This document shows, piece by piece, positions 30,595-40,285 of a stretch of DNA of 64,000 nt (the first letter of the stretch is position 1; every line of letters begins with the position of its first letter). Made by a program: the position numbers and the translations under genes. The notes under the pieces were generated by a model. It did no database searches and was not told where the DNA came from. It saw only the letters and a program-made list of their open reading frames with translations. The DNA is from Micavibrio sp. (GTDB lineage Bacteria > Patescibacteriota > Minisyncoccia > Moranbacterales > GCA-2747515). The DNA lies in assembly GCA_020718085.1 (NCBI GenBank), contig DYDB01000006.1, forward strand, positions 8,510-72,509, written 5' to 3'.

Positions 30595-30768
30595 ATGCAA
30601 GAAAATGATGTCATTGTAAGTGCAAGAGCGCTTGCAAAAGTATGGGAAATTGTGCGTGAAAAATTGCGCACAGAAGATCTTGTGCGATTTGCGCGCACAG
30701 AAAAAGGTATTTATGCTATGTGGGTGCAAAACGAGCTTAACCGCCGTAAAGTAGGCGGTCACACATGA
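30595..30768 (+). CDS. Small hypothetical protein (57 aa), below the ORF-track cutoff
   Basis: MQENDVIVSARALAKVWEIVREKLRTEDLVRFARTEKGIYAMWVQNELNRRKVGGHT, directly downstream of a consensus promoter. Confidence 0.45.
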   Translation: MQENDVIVSARALAKVWEIVREKLRTEDLVRFARTEKGIYAMWVQNELNRRKVGGHT

Positions 30769-30924
30769 CAAGATATGAACAGAAACAAAAAAGAACGACG
30801 TGTATGTAAGAACATACCGTCGTTTTTCATTTTTACTTAAGCCGATCACACTTGTCTTCCAACTATTTTAATGCTGTATGGGAAAAGATGGGTAGTTCTA
30901 AAAAATTGCAAAAAAATGGCTTTT

Positions 30925-31160
30925 GATATACGATTGAAACATAAAAGTAACATCCTTTGACGACATGATCACTGTCGGAATCTGCTCTCTCGGGCGATGG
31001 GATATGAGAAGAAATCACTCATGTACGTGTGAAAATAGAACTCATCGGGTAAGCCCGTAAGCGCTGTAGTTGAGAGTGGTCAGTCATTGGCTACTGAATT
31101 AAGGTGGTACCACGTTTATGATCTGTGAACGTCCTTAAAAGATTTTTAAGGATTTTTTTG
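30925..31160 (+). ncRNA. T-box riboswitch leader (probably Ile-specific) with antiterminator and terminator
   Basis: T-box AATTAAGGTGGTACCACG (31097-31114); antiterminator partner CGTCCTT; terminator TCCTTAAAA-gat-TTTTAAGGA-T7 (31132-31159); candidate specifier GAA-ATC-A (ATC at 31014-31016); ileS lies downstream. The 5' boundary is approximate. Confidence 0.85.
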
Positions 31161-31169
31161 TTTCATCAA

Positions 31170-32297
31170 ATGATCATGCGGACATCTTTTTTCAAAAACA
31201 GGGCAGTTATCTTGGCATTATTATGGTTTGTTTTGGTAAATGTGATCGGACTGGTTGCCAATAACCGTGTTGATCTTGATGCAGATACAGCATATTCATG
31301 GATGCCTGTGGAAAAATATGACCAGGATCAGTCATGGTATATTGTGGATTTACATGCGCGCTGGGATTCCAACTGGTATGTGGATATCGTGAAAAATGGA
31401 TATCAGCGAAAAGCAGATGACACGCTTTCTAATCTTGTGTTTTTCCCATTGTATCCATTTTTGGTGAAGGTTGTTTCATTTTTTACACAGGGACATATTG
31501 AATTGGCTGGCTGGATCGTGAGTGGCACATTCATGATCTTGAGTTGCATGATCCTTCTGAAATTAGTAAAAGAATTTCATCAGGGTATTGCAGAACCACT
31601 TTATGCAGTTTTTCTCCTTCTTATTTTTCCGACGGCGTTTTTTCTCAATGCGGTGTATACAGAATCACTATTCTTATTTTTGTCACTCTCGACTTTTTAT
31701 TGGGCGTTCAGGCGAAATTATGTGTTGGTTGGGATCTTTGGTTTTTTGGCAGCAATAACGCGTGTGACCGGTGTGTTGCTTTTTGTGCCACTCGTGATCC
31801 ATATGTGGATGTTGTGGAGAACTGATGGTGAATCGGTAAAAAAAGCGTGGGCACTGGTTCTCATCCCATGTGGCACAGCAGTATTTTTTCTCTATCATTG
31901 GATTTTTTATGGAGATCCATTACTGTTTTTTACTATAGAGAGCGCATGGGGACGGTCGTTTGCCGTTAATAAAGATCATTTTATCTTTCTCACACATGCT
32001 TCTCGGGCAAATTTTTTCTTGGATGTATCTTATCTCGTATTCGGACTTGGCGTGGCAGCATATTTAATGAGAATCAAACAATATGCGTATAGCGTATATA
32101 TGTTTAGTACGATCGGTGTAGCTGTGGCAAGTGGTACACTGATGAGTATCGGACGGTATATTCTTGTGCTGTTTCCCATATACATTGTCGGTGCGATGAT
32201 CAAAAATGATGTGATAAGATATGTGTGGATCCTTACATCAACAATGCTGATGGCACTCAATACATATTTATTTGTGAACTGGTATTGGGCGGGGTAA
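31170..32297 (+). CDS. PIG-V/mannosyltransferase-like GT-C membrane glycosyltransferase
   Basis: RWDSNWY.DI..NGY, FFPLYP, FPTAFFL.AVYTESLFL and RYILVLFP; many TM helices. Confidence 0.85.
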   Translation: MIMRTSFFKNRAVILALLWFVLVNVIGLVANNRVDLDADTAYSWMPVEKYDQDQSWYIVDLHARWDSNWYVDIVKNGYQRKADDTLSNLVFFPLYPFLVKVVSFFTQGHIELAGWIVSGTFMILSCMILLKLVKEFHQGIAEPLYAVFLLLIFPTAFFLNAVYTESLFLFLSLSTFYWAFRRNYVLVGIFGFLAAITRVTGVLLFVPLVIHMWMLWRTDGESVKKAWALVLIPCGTAVFFLYHWIFYGDPLLFFTIESAWGRSFAVNKDHFIFLTHASRANFFLDVSYLVFGLGVAAYLMRIKQYAYSVYMFSTIGVAVASGTLMSIGRYILVLFPIYIVGAMIKNDVIRYVWILTSTMLMALNTYLFVNWYWAG

Positions 32298-32342
32298 AAC
32301 ACGTGTAAATTTTTACTATAATAATTATTATATAAAGATCAT

Positions 32343-35300
32343 ATGAAAAATTTTAAAGAAGTGGAACAAGGTAAAAAGTACGCAGAGATGGAACATGATG
32401 TGATGCAGTTTTGGCATGAGGACAAAACATTTGAAAAATCTGTAGATGGGCGCAGTGCGGAAAATACCTATGTGTTTTATGACGGTCCGCCGTTCATCAC
32501 GGGCGTACCGCATTACGGGACATTGCTCTCATCGATCATCAAAGATGTTGTTCCACGGTATTGGACGATGAAAGGCAAGCGTGTGGAGCGTCGCTGGGGG
32601 TGGGATTGTCATGGGCTTCCTGCAGAGAATTTGGTGGAAAAGCAACTTGGCATCAAAGATAAGCGCGATGTGGCGAAAGTGGGATTGGAAAAATATATTG
32701 AGACATGTCACGCTGCGATGGTGCAAGGTAGTGATGCATGGGAAAGCACGGTAGAGCGTATCGGGCGGTGGGTGAATTTCAAGGGCGCCTACAAAACGAT
32801 GGACCGTGACTATATGGAAAGTGTATGGTGGGCATTCAAAACACTCTATGATAAGAAAAAGATCTATGAGGGAGAAAAAGTGCTTTTGTATTGTCCGCGT
32901 TGTGCAACGCCAATTTCCAAAGCGGAAGTGTCGATGGATAACAGCTATCGTGATGTAACTGATCCATCGGTGTATGTGAAATTTGCACTGATTGAAGAAG
33001 ATCAAAAAAATGTCATCCCGACCGAAGTGGAGGGATCTCTCGACAAGCTCGAGATGACACCACAGACATATTTTTTGGCATGGACGACAACACCATGGAC
33101 ATTGTCGGCAAATGTGGCATTGGCAATCAATACAAAATTGACATACGTGAAGGTCCTAATTGGTGGTGAAACGTTTATTATGGCGGAAGACCTTGTATCA
33201 AAAGTGTTGGTTGATGAAAAAAAGATGTCATTGGAGCATGTTGTAATGGAAAAAAAAAGTGGAGCAGATCTTGTGAATAAAAAATACAAACCACTTTTCG
33301 ATGATCATGGTGAACATGCACATCGTATTGTTGCGGCGGATTTTGTGACGACGGAAGATGGTACGGGCATTGTGCATATTGCACCCGCGTTTGGTGAAGA
33401 TGATTATGCGCTCGCAAAGAAAGAGAATTTACCACTTGTGAACACGGTGGATGATAATGGCTTGTATAAAGATGGGCGATGGGCTGGTCAGCATGTGTGG
33501 GAGATCAATAAGGAAATCGCGAAGACGCTTCTGCGTGAAGGCGTGGTGTTTAAAATTGAGTATATTCAACATGAGTACCCGCATTGTCACAGATGTGATA
33601 CGAAGCTTATGTATCGTGCACATCCGAGTTGGTTCATGGATATTGATGGACAGCGATCTGAAATGCTTGCAAAAAATGAGAATATCAACTGGTTTCCAAC
33701 GCATATCAAACAGAAGCGTTTTCGCAATACGGTGGAGACGGCACCAGATTGGAATTTGAGTCGTGACCGTTTCTGGGCGACGCCGCTTCCTGTGTGGCGC
33801 GGAACCAAAGAAGATGGCACGATGGTGGAAAAAGTGATCGGCAGTTATGCGGAACTTAAAGAATTATCGGGAAAGGAACTTCCGGATTATCATTTGCCGT
33901 ACGTGGACGCCGTGACATTTGAGTGGGAGGGGGTTACGATGAAGCGCATTGATAAGGTTATGGATTGTTGGTTTGAGTCCGGCTCAATGCCGTTTGCACA
34001 ATTTCATTATCCGTTTGAGAACAAAGAAAAATTTGAGGCAAATTTCCCCGGTGATTTCATCGCAGAATATGTGGGACAGGTACGTGCGTGGTTTTATTAT
34101 ATGCATGCAATTTCCGTGGGCATCTTTGGTGAAGAGGCATTCAAAAATGTGATCGTGACGGGAACGATCGCGGGTAATGATGGGCGCAAGATGTCCAAAT
34201 CATATGGAAATTATACAGCGCCGGAGATCTTATTGGAAAAATACAGCGCCGATGCACTCCGATATTTACTTGTAAGCTCACCACTTCTTAATGGTGAGGA
34301 TTTTGCGCTTGTGGATAAAGATGTTGCGGATGTGCAAAGAAAGCTCGGAACACTGTGGAATAGCTATTCATTTTTTGTCATGTACGCCAATGTAGATGGA
34401 TGGAAACCATCAGAAAGCAAAGGGGCACCAAAAAGTGAAAATGTATTGGATCAATGGATCGTTTCACAGTTGCATACACTAATTGCTCAAGTGGACGCTG
34501 ATATGCAAAGGTACGATCTGCCAAATGCATCAAAGCCGATCATAAAATTCATCGATGATCTGTCAAATTGGTACATTCGTCGTTCTCGTAAGCGATTTTG
34601 GAAAAGTGAAAATGATGGTGACAAAAACAATGCATATGCAACACTGCATTATGTGCTTGTGGAATTATCCAAGGTAATGGCACCATTCACACCATTTATT
34701 GCGGAAGAGATCTATGGGAATCTCACTTGCCCTCACCCCAAGCCTCTCCCAAAGGGAGAGGGGGCAGCTGCTTCTGTACATTTGACCGATTTTCCTAAGG
34801 GTGATGTAGGTTTGATCAATGAAGATTTGAATATGCAAATGCAAAGAACGCGTGATGTGATCAGTGAAGGGCTTAAACTGCGCGCACGTACACAGCTCAA
34901 GGTACGTCAACCACTACAAAAGTTAATGGTGGTGAGTGAAAAATGGCATGTTTCACAAGAGATGGAAGATATTGTGTGTGAAGAGTTAAATGTCAAAGAA
35001 GTTGTCGATGTAGAAAAAATTGATGGTGAGCAGAAAAATATTGGAGAGATCGATGGTATAAAGATCGAACTTGATATCGTAGTAACGGATGCATTGAAAT
35101 TGGAGGGACAGGCCAGAGAGGCTATTCGCTACATCCAACAATTGCGCAAAAAAGCCGACTATAATGTGGATGATCGCATCGCCGTAGGAATTGACGGTAT
35201 GGCAGATGTTTTTACTGCGCACAAAGATGATATAGCACATGAAGTATTGGCACAGACGATCGTGCAAGGGGTTGTGGAAGATCATGATATCACAGAGGAG

Positions 35301-35345
35301 TGTGAGATCGATGGGAAAAAAGTGACGATTTCTTTAAAGAAGTAA
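32343..35345 (+). CDS. ileS: Isoleucine--tRNA ligase, type 2
   Basis: FYDGPP, GWDCHGLP, WTTTPWT, GTGIVH.AP.FG.DD, DW.LSR.RFW.TP, DCWFESG and KMSKS; IleRS2-type C-terminus without a Zn finger. Confidence 0.96.
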   Translation: MKNFKEVEQGKKYAEMEHDVMQFWHEDKTFEKSVDGRSAENTYVFYDGPPFITGVPHYGTLLSSIIKDVVPRYWTMKGKRVERRWGWDCHGLPAENLVEKQLGIKDKRDVAKVGLEKYIETCHAAMVQGSDAWESTVERIGRWVNFKGAYKTMDRDYMESVWWAFKTLYDKKKIYEGEKVLLYCPRCATPISKAEVSMDNSYRDVTDPSVYVKFALIEEDQKNVIPTEVEGSLDKLEMTPQTYFLAWTTTPWTLSANVALAINTKLTYVKVLIGGETFIMAEDLVSKVLVDEKKMSLEHVVMEKKSGADLVNKKYKPLFDDHGEHAHRIVAADFVTTEDGTGIVHIAPAFGEDDYALAKKENLPLVNTVDDNGLYKDGRWAGQHVWEINKEIAKTLLREGVVFKIEYIQHEYPHCHRCDTKLMYRAHPSWFMDIDGQRSEMLAKNENINWFPTHIKQKRFRNTVETAPDWNLSRDRFWATPLPVWRGTKEDGTMVEKVIGSYAELKELSGKELPDYHLPYVDAVTFEWEGVTMKRIDKVMDCWFESGSMPFAQFHYPFENKEKFEANFPGDFIAEYVGQVRAWFYYMHAISVGIFGEEAFKNVIVTGTIAGNDGRKMSKSYGNYTAPEILLEKYSADALRYLLVSSPLLNGEDFALVDKDVADVQRKLGTLWNSYSFFVMYANVDGWKPSESKGAPKSENVLDQWIVSQLHTLIAQVDADMQRYDLPNASKPIIKFIDDLSNWYIRRSRKRFWKSENDGDKNNAYATLHYVLVELSKVMAPFTPFIAEEIYGNLTCPHPKPLPKGEGAAASVHLTDFPKGDVGLINEDLNMQMQRTRDVISEGLKLRARTQLKVRQPLQKLMVVSEKWHVSQEMEDIVCEELNVKEVVDVEKIDGEQKNIGEIDGIKIELDIVVTDALKLEGQAREAIRYIQQLRKKADYNVDDRIAVGIDGMADVFTAHKDDIAHEVLAQTIVQGVVEDHDITEECEIDGKKVTISLKK
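33011..33059. repeat. RPE-like palindromic element inserted in-frame in ileS (VIPTEVEGSLDKLEMT)
   Basis: TGTCATC...GATGACA termini and an inner tctcga/tcgaga stem; lies between SVYVKF and YFLAWTTTPWT. Confidence 0.7.
34730..34765. repeat. REP-like palindrome inserted in-frame in ileS (PHPKPLPKGEG)
   Basis: 34/36 nt identical to intergenic 4375-4410; lies between EEIYGNL and SVHL. Confidence 0.8.
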
Positions 35346-35356
35346 AATATTTCTTC

Positions 35357-36091
35357 GTGAAACAAAATTATCATGCAATTGCATTGGATAAAAAGGATAC
35401 TGGTGAGATGGACCGTCTCTACACATTTTACACGCGGGAAAATGGTTTGATACGCGTGCCTGCAAAATCCATTCGTAAAAGTGAGGCAAAACTTGCGGCG
35501 CAGGTGGAGGATTTTGTATTGGCGCATATCACAGTTGTGAAAAATTATGGTCGCGGAACGCTTGCTGGTGCTGTGGCAGAAGAATATTTTGATGGATTAC
35601 ATATGCATTATGTTGCATTGTCTTGTGTCGATCATGTACGAAAAGTTTTTTTGACCGTTGTGCAAGAGCAAGAGCGAGACGAACAAGTTTTTGGATTGCT
35701 TTTGGCATATTTGCGAAAGATCGAAGAGTTGTCTGATATAAAAGATCATGTACAAAATGATGAGCAAATAAAATGGATCACGTATGCATTTTTGATCAAA
35801 TTATTTGGGATTCAGGGGTATGTGTTCGATGTAAAGAAATGTGTGGCATGTGATGTTTTACCAACAGCACAAACACATACTGTTTTTGATGTACATAATG
35901 GAGGAATGATATGTGGACGTTGTGCACAAAAAACGATCAATGTTTGTGCAATGGATGTTGACACGATCAAATCACTGCGTGCGATCTACAGTAATCATTT
36001 GCCCATGCTTTCCAAAATTGTGGTGCATCAAACTGTAAATAAACAATTGCAAAATATTGTGACACAGATCGAAAAATGGATCATGCGGTAG
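35357..36091 (+). CDS. recO: DNA repair protein RecO
   Basis: GEMDR...YTRENG.I...AKSIRK...KL and a CxxC...GG.ICxxC zinc motif. Confidence 0.88.
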   Translation: MKQNYHAIALDKKDTGEMDRLYTFYTRENGLIRVPAKSIRKSEAKLAAQVEDFVLAHITVVKNYGRGTLAGAVAEEYFDGLHMHYVALSCVDHVRKVFLTVVQEQERDEQVFGLLLAYLRKIEELSDIKDHVQNDEQIKWITYAFLIKLFGIQGYVFDVKKCVACDVLPTAQTHTVFDVHNGGMICGRCAQKTINVCAMDVDTIKSLRAIYSNHLPMLSKIVVHQTVNKQLQNIVTQIEKWIMR

Positions 36092-36169
36092 TTTGATGAA
36101 AATCTGATATAATACAAAGGAGAGGTAAGAGATGAATATGATCATCTTTTTAACCGTTAACACAAAAAT

Positions 36170-38041
36170 ATGTCTTTACGAGAAATAGAGAAAGATATTC
36201 AAAAACATGAATCAGAAATAATTAAGCGTGAACACGATACAACTGCATATGATGTGTGGAGATCACAGGAAAAAATCCAAGAAGATGTTGGTCCGAGCAA
36301 TTGGCAAAAGATCAAGGATCGTTTAATTGGTGTACGCATCAGAGGCATTGTTTTGGGGGGTATAGTATTACTTGGCATTACGATCATTACACTGTCCGTG
36401 GTTTCTTTTGTATATTTTCAAAAAGGTTTTTTTGCGCAAGAGCGTGTGACACTATCCATAGAAGCGAGTCAAGCGATTGACAGCAATAAACTAACGGAAG
36501 TGACTTTTATATATGATAATAACAATCGTGCCACACTAAGTAATGCAGAAATTGCAGTCGGTTTTGGTGATCATTTCGTTCCTGCGGGAGAACAAGATGA
36601 CTTTACACAAGTAAGTGACAGTCAGGGTGTGATTCGCATTGGAAAGATCGGCGGTCATGATAAAGGGAAATTTGTTCTTACGGGATATTTTGCAGGACCG
36701 CAGAATTCTACCAATTCAATTTCCGGTATATTGCGATACACACCGGAAAAAACAAATGCACGCTATGAAACAAATGCGCGCGCTGCTACGACGATCACCT
36801 CATCACCCGTGGTTATTGATGTAGAATCTCCACTTAGTATTGTCAGTGGAAATCTCATGAACATTGTTTTCAAGATTAAAAACACCAGCGATAGCGACTT
36901 ATCGCAACTGAGATTTTCTGTAGAAATGCCAGATACATTCTCTCTCTATAATTCGTCCCCACTTCCTAATTATGGCAATACCTGGTTGCTTGATGGCATA
37001 AAGGCAAAATCTGAAACTGCAATTGTCATACGTGGCGGTATCGGTGCGGCAGTTGGCACAAAGCAAAGTTTTACCGGACGTGTATTTTCTCAAGGATCAA
37101 CGAATGACATTGTAGAATATGCAAATGTAACGTATACGCCAAGCATGATCCAATCTCCGATCACTGTTCAACAAAAGCTTGTGGGTGATAGCGATGTCGT
37201 CTATGCAAATGAACGTTTGTCGTACATCGTAAAATTTGTCAATAATAGCGACGTGCCTTTGCGTGACGCGATCATAACAGTTAATTTGGACAGTGCTGTT
37301 TTGGATTATGAAAAATTGGAGTTATTGGATGGTGGTGATTATGATCAAGAAAATAGACGTATTGTCTGGAAAGCTGCAGATGTTCCTGCCCTCAAAATTT
37401 TTGAACCGCAAAAATCGGGAGAGGTGCGATTTATTGTGCCAGTTTTGGAAAATTTGCCTGTGAACAATGATCAAGATTATCATTTTTCCACATCGTCCAT
37501 TGCTTCGATTGACAGTGAGGATATCCCTTCAGAATTGAGAGAAAACAAGACAGTACTTAGTAATATATTAACTATTCCTGTGGGAGCAAAAGTATTGTAT
37601 GAACCAAAGATCGTATTTAAATCAGGAGCAAGGAAATTAAAAGTTGGAGAAGAAACAATTTATACGGTCACGGTAAAGCTGGGTAGTGTGAATAATGATC
37701 TGGACAATGTAAAAGTTTTTCTCCCTTTGCCAACGCATACAAAATATGAAGGCAATGCAGACAAGGACGGGATGGAATACAATGAGCGTAGTAATGAATT
37801 GGTGTGGAATATCGGAAAAATGACACATGGCACGGGTATCATAAGTGATGCGAGGGAAATTTCTTTTGAATTGAGCATCAAACCAAGCGTTGATCAATTG
37901 GGAACATATGTTCCGATCATAAAAGATCAAAAAATAGCTGGTATGGATGTATTTGCAAAAAGGAATTTTGAGTTCAACAGGGATATGCTCACAACAGCGC
38001 ATAGTGATCAGGATTTCACAGAAAAAACTGTGCAACCTTAG
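36170..38041 (+). CDS. Membrane-anchored protein with repeated Ig-like (DUF11-type) domains
   Basis: Single N-terminal TM; repeated Y.V...N....L.N..V..LP....Y....W beta-sandwich pattern. Confidence 0.6.
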   Translation: MSLREIEKDIQKHESEIIKREHDTTAYDVWRSQEKIQEDVGPSNWQKIKDRLIGVRIRGIVLGGIVLLGITIITLSVVSFVYFQKGFFAQERVTLSIEASQAIDSNKLTEVTFIYDNNNRATLSNAEIAVGFGDHFVPAGEQDDFTQVSDSQGVIRIGKIGGHDKGKFVLTGYFAGPQNSTNSISGILRYTPEKTNARYETNARAATTITSSPVVIDVESPLSIVSGNLMNIVFKIKNTSDSDLSQLRFSVEMPDTFSLYNSSPLPNYGNTWLLDGIKAKSETAIVIRGGIGAAVGTKQSFTGRVFSQGSTNDIVEYANVTYTPSMIQSPITVQQKLVGDSDVVYANERLSYIVKFVNNSDVPLRDAIITVNLDSAVLDYEKLELLDGGDYDQENRRIVWKAADVPALKIFEPQKSGEVRFIVPVLENLPVNNDQDYHFSTSSIASIDSEDIPSELRENKTVLSNILTIPVGAKVLYEPKIVFKSGARKLKVGEETIYTVTVKLGSVNNDLDNVKVFLPLPTHTKYEGNADKDGMEYNERSNELVWNIGKMTHGTGIISDAREISFELSIKPSVDQLGTYVPIIKDQKIAGMDVFAKRNFEFNRDMLTTAHSDQDFTEKTVQP

Positions 38042-38062
38042 TAATTCTTTTGAAGTGTACAT

Positions 38063-40234
38063 ATGCAATATGCCATTCTATGTGTGATCATGTTTTTTTG
38101 TCCATATATTGTTTTGGCTGTGGAAACTGAACGATCGATCGATATCATAGTGGACGAGCAAGAAATTTCTGAGTTGTATATTGAGCATGCTACTGGAAGT
38201 GCATATCAAAAGATTTTACATATTCACAACAATGGGGAAAGTGTGCAGAAAATTATTATTTCCATAGAAGATGAAAAAGAACAACGTGCGGAAAATATAG
38301 CCACACAGAGTCTGGTGTCGCTTACAAGATTTCATACAACCACCCTTGCAGACGAACTTCGAGAGATCTTGGAAAAAAATGATTACGATATCAATGCATT
38401 TTGTAAAAAAAACATCGATGTTGCAAAGAAATGGTGTGATGGTGAAACTGTTGCATCTATCGAAATTGCACCACAGGGCACAAGTGATGTTCCTGTGACC
38501 TTTTATTTTGATGATGATGAAACTGATCATCGGGCATATATGGTCTTTAAAGACAATAGCAATGCAGAACAAGATGAAATTCAACGAATGTTGGTGACAT
38601 ATCATGTGCCTGATAAAAATATTGTACAGATGAAACTGAGGAACTTTAACTTGGAAAAGGAGTTTCCATTTGGTGATTTTGGCATGTGGTTACGATCCGG
38701 CATGCGTGATGATTATGTTGCACAAATTGGCAGCGAGAATAATGGAACCGAAAATGTGCGATACACGTATTTTACAGAAGTGGAATCGGTATGGATCGGA
38801 GAAAAGCTGTTTTTTAGTGAAGAAAATGATAGTGTGAGCGGTTCAGTACAGAGTGATCATGTGCACGTAACGATGCCACGCTTTGGAAAAATGCGCATAA
38901 CGGGTGGTGTTTCTTATATTGATCAAAACCAAAAAATAATTGAGCACAGGAGTGATCCGATAAATTTGATCGTGTGGCCGGTGCATTTTGTAATTATTTT
39001 TTCTCTTGGGAGTTGTTTTTGTGGGATTTGTGTTTTATTATATAAGTATATAAGAAAAAATATGTTTGGATTTAGAAAAAATAAAAAAAATAATACACAA
39101 TTTACAGGTACATATATTGTGCAAGATACGGATAATATTATCTCTATTGCACAAATGTTTGGTGTGCCGTGGAAAGAGCTTGCAGAATACAATAAGATCG
39201 ACGCACCGTATATCCTGATCTCAGGGGAAACAATCAGTGTGCCAGGTCCACAAACTGCTGTTGTTGAGAATGTGCAAGAGGATATGCAAGAGCAAAATGT
39301 TTTGGAACAAAATCATGTAGAGCAAGAGAATGTCGGTATGAAAAACAGTGAACCTGCAATGCAAAAAATTCCAACAATTGCCGAGCAAAGAGGAGAAATG
39401 AAATATGTTGCACAGCGTGATGTGCAGCGCACAAAACAAGATATACAGCATGTCGAGAAGAGAGATCCTCTGACGGTGCCGGGACAAGACCATGGTCCGA
39501 TCAAGAGAAAGGTAACATTTGCTGCGCCACAAAGTATGCTAGCGCAACCAGCTTCAGAGCCGACAACAAGAGCAATTGATATTGAATGGATGCGTGATGA
39601 TGAAGAGGCTTATAATGAGGAAATGGAGTTTCAGCGAAAAAGTGTGAATAAGCGATTGAGCATAGTTGTCGCTGTTGGCGTGTGTGCAATTGGCGGTGTT
39701 ATTGTATGGGGTGCCATGCAATGGATGCAACGCGATGCCGAGAAAAAAGTTTCTGTAGAAACCTTAATTGAAGAGGATACTTCAGTAAAAAATGACGAGA
39801 ATACAACAGCATTGTCGTCAGAAGATGTTGCACAAGACAGTGCTTCTGATGAACAGGGTGATGATGTTGTTGCAGATAATGGTGAAAATCAGAATATAGA
39901 TGAGGAAAAATTAAAGGAACAAGAAACACAGGCAACAACAGAGCAAAAAATGCCAAGTGAGATCACTGTACAAGTATTGAATGCAGGTGCCGCAACCGGC
40001 GCAGCAGGAGCAGTTTCGGCAGAGATCAAAAATAAGGGCTACAAGATAAATTCTGCTCAAAATGCGCAAAGCTCTTATGAAGATGTGATGATTTACTATA
40101 CATCGGAGATGAAGGAATATGTGGATGTACTTGCACAAACTGTCGATGCAAAGTATGGCAGTCAGAAAAAAGAAGAATCTACTGATGTGCCTGGGAAATA
40201 TAAGGCGGATATTGTTATCGTACTTGGAACATAG
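38063..40234 (+). CDS. Membrane protein with LysM and LytR C-terminal domains
   Basis: LysM YIVQDTDNIISIAQMFGVPWKELAEYNKI...GETISVP; C-terminal VQVLNAG...GAAG...DIVIVLG; two internal TM helices. Confidence 0.78.
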   Translation: MQYAILCVIMFFCPYIVLAVETERSIDIIVDEQEISELYIEHATGSAYQKILHIHNNGESVQKIIISIEDEKEQRAENIATQSLVSLTRFHTTTLADELREILEKNDYDINAFCKKNIDVAKKWCDGETVASIEIAPQGTSDVPVTFYFDDDETDHRAYMVFKDNSNAEQDEIQRMLVTYHVPDKNIVQMKLRNFNLEKEFPFGDFGMWLRSGMRDDYVAQIGSENNGTENVRYTYFTEVESVWIGEKLFFSEENDSVSGSVQSDHVHVTMPRFGKMRITGGVSYIDQNQKIIEHRSDPINLIVWPVHFVIIFSLGSCFCGICVLLYKYIRKNMFGFRKNKKNNTQFTGTYIVQDTDNIISIAQMFGVPWKELAEYNKIDAPYILISGETISVPGPQTAVVENVQEDMQEQNVLEQNHVEQENVGMKNSEPAMQKIPTIAEQRGEMKYVAQRDVQRTKQDIQHVEKRDPLTVPGQDHGPIKRKVTFAAPQSMLAQPASEPTTRAIDIEWMRDDEEAYNEEMEFQRKSVNKRLSIVVAVGVCAIGGVIVWGAMQWMQRDAEKKVSVETLIEEDTSVKNDENTTALSSEDVAQDSASDEQGDDVVADNGENQNIDEEKLKEQETQATTEQKMPSEITVQVLNAGAATGAAGAVSAEIKNKGYKINSAQNAQSSYEDVMIYYTSEMKEYVDVLAQTVDAKYGSQKKEESTDVPGKYKADIVIVLGT

Positions 40235-40285
40235 CTGTGCATGATGCGCAATTGAAAAATACAAAAAACACAAATATAAATTTAT

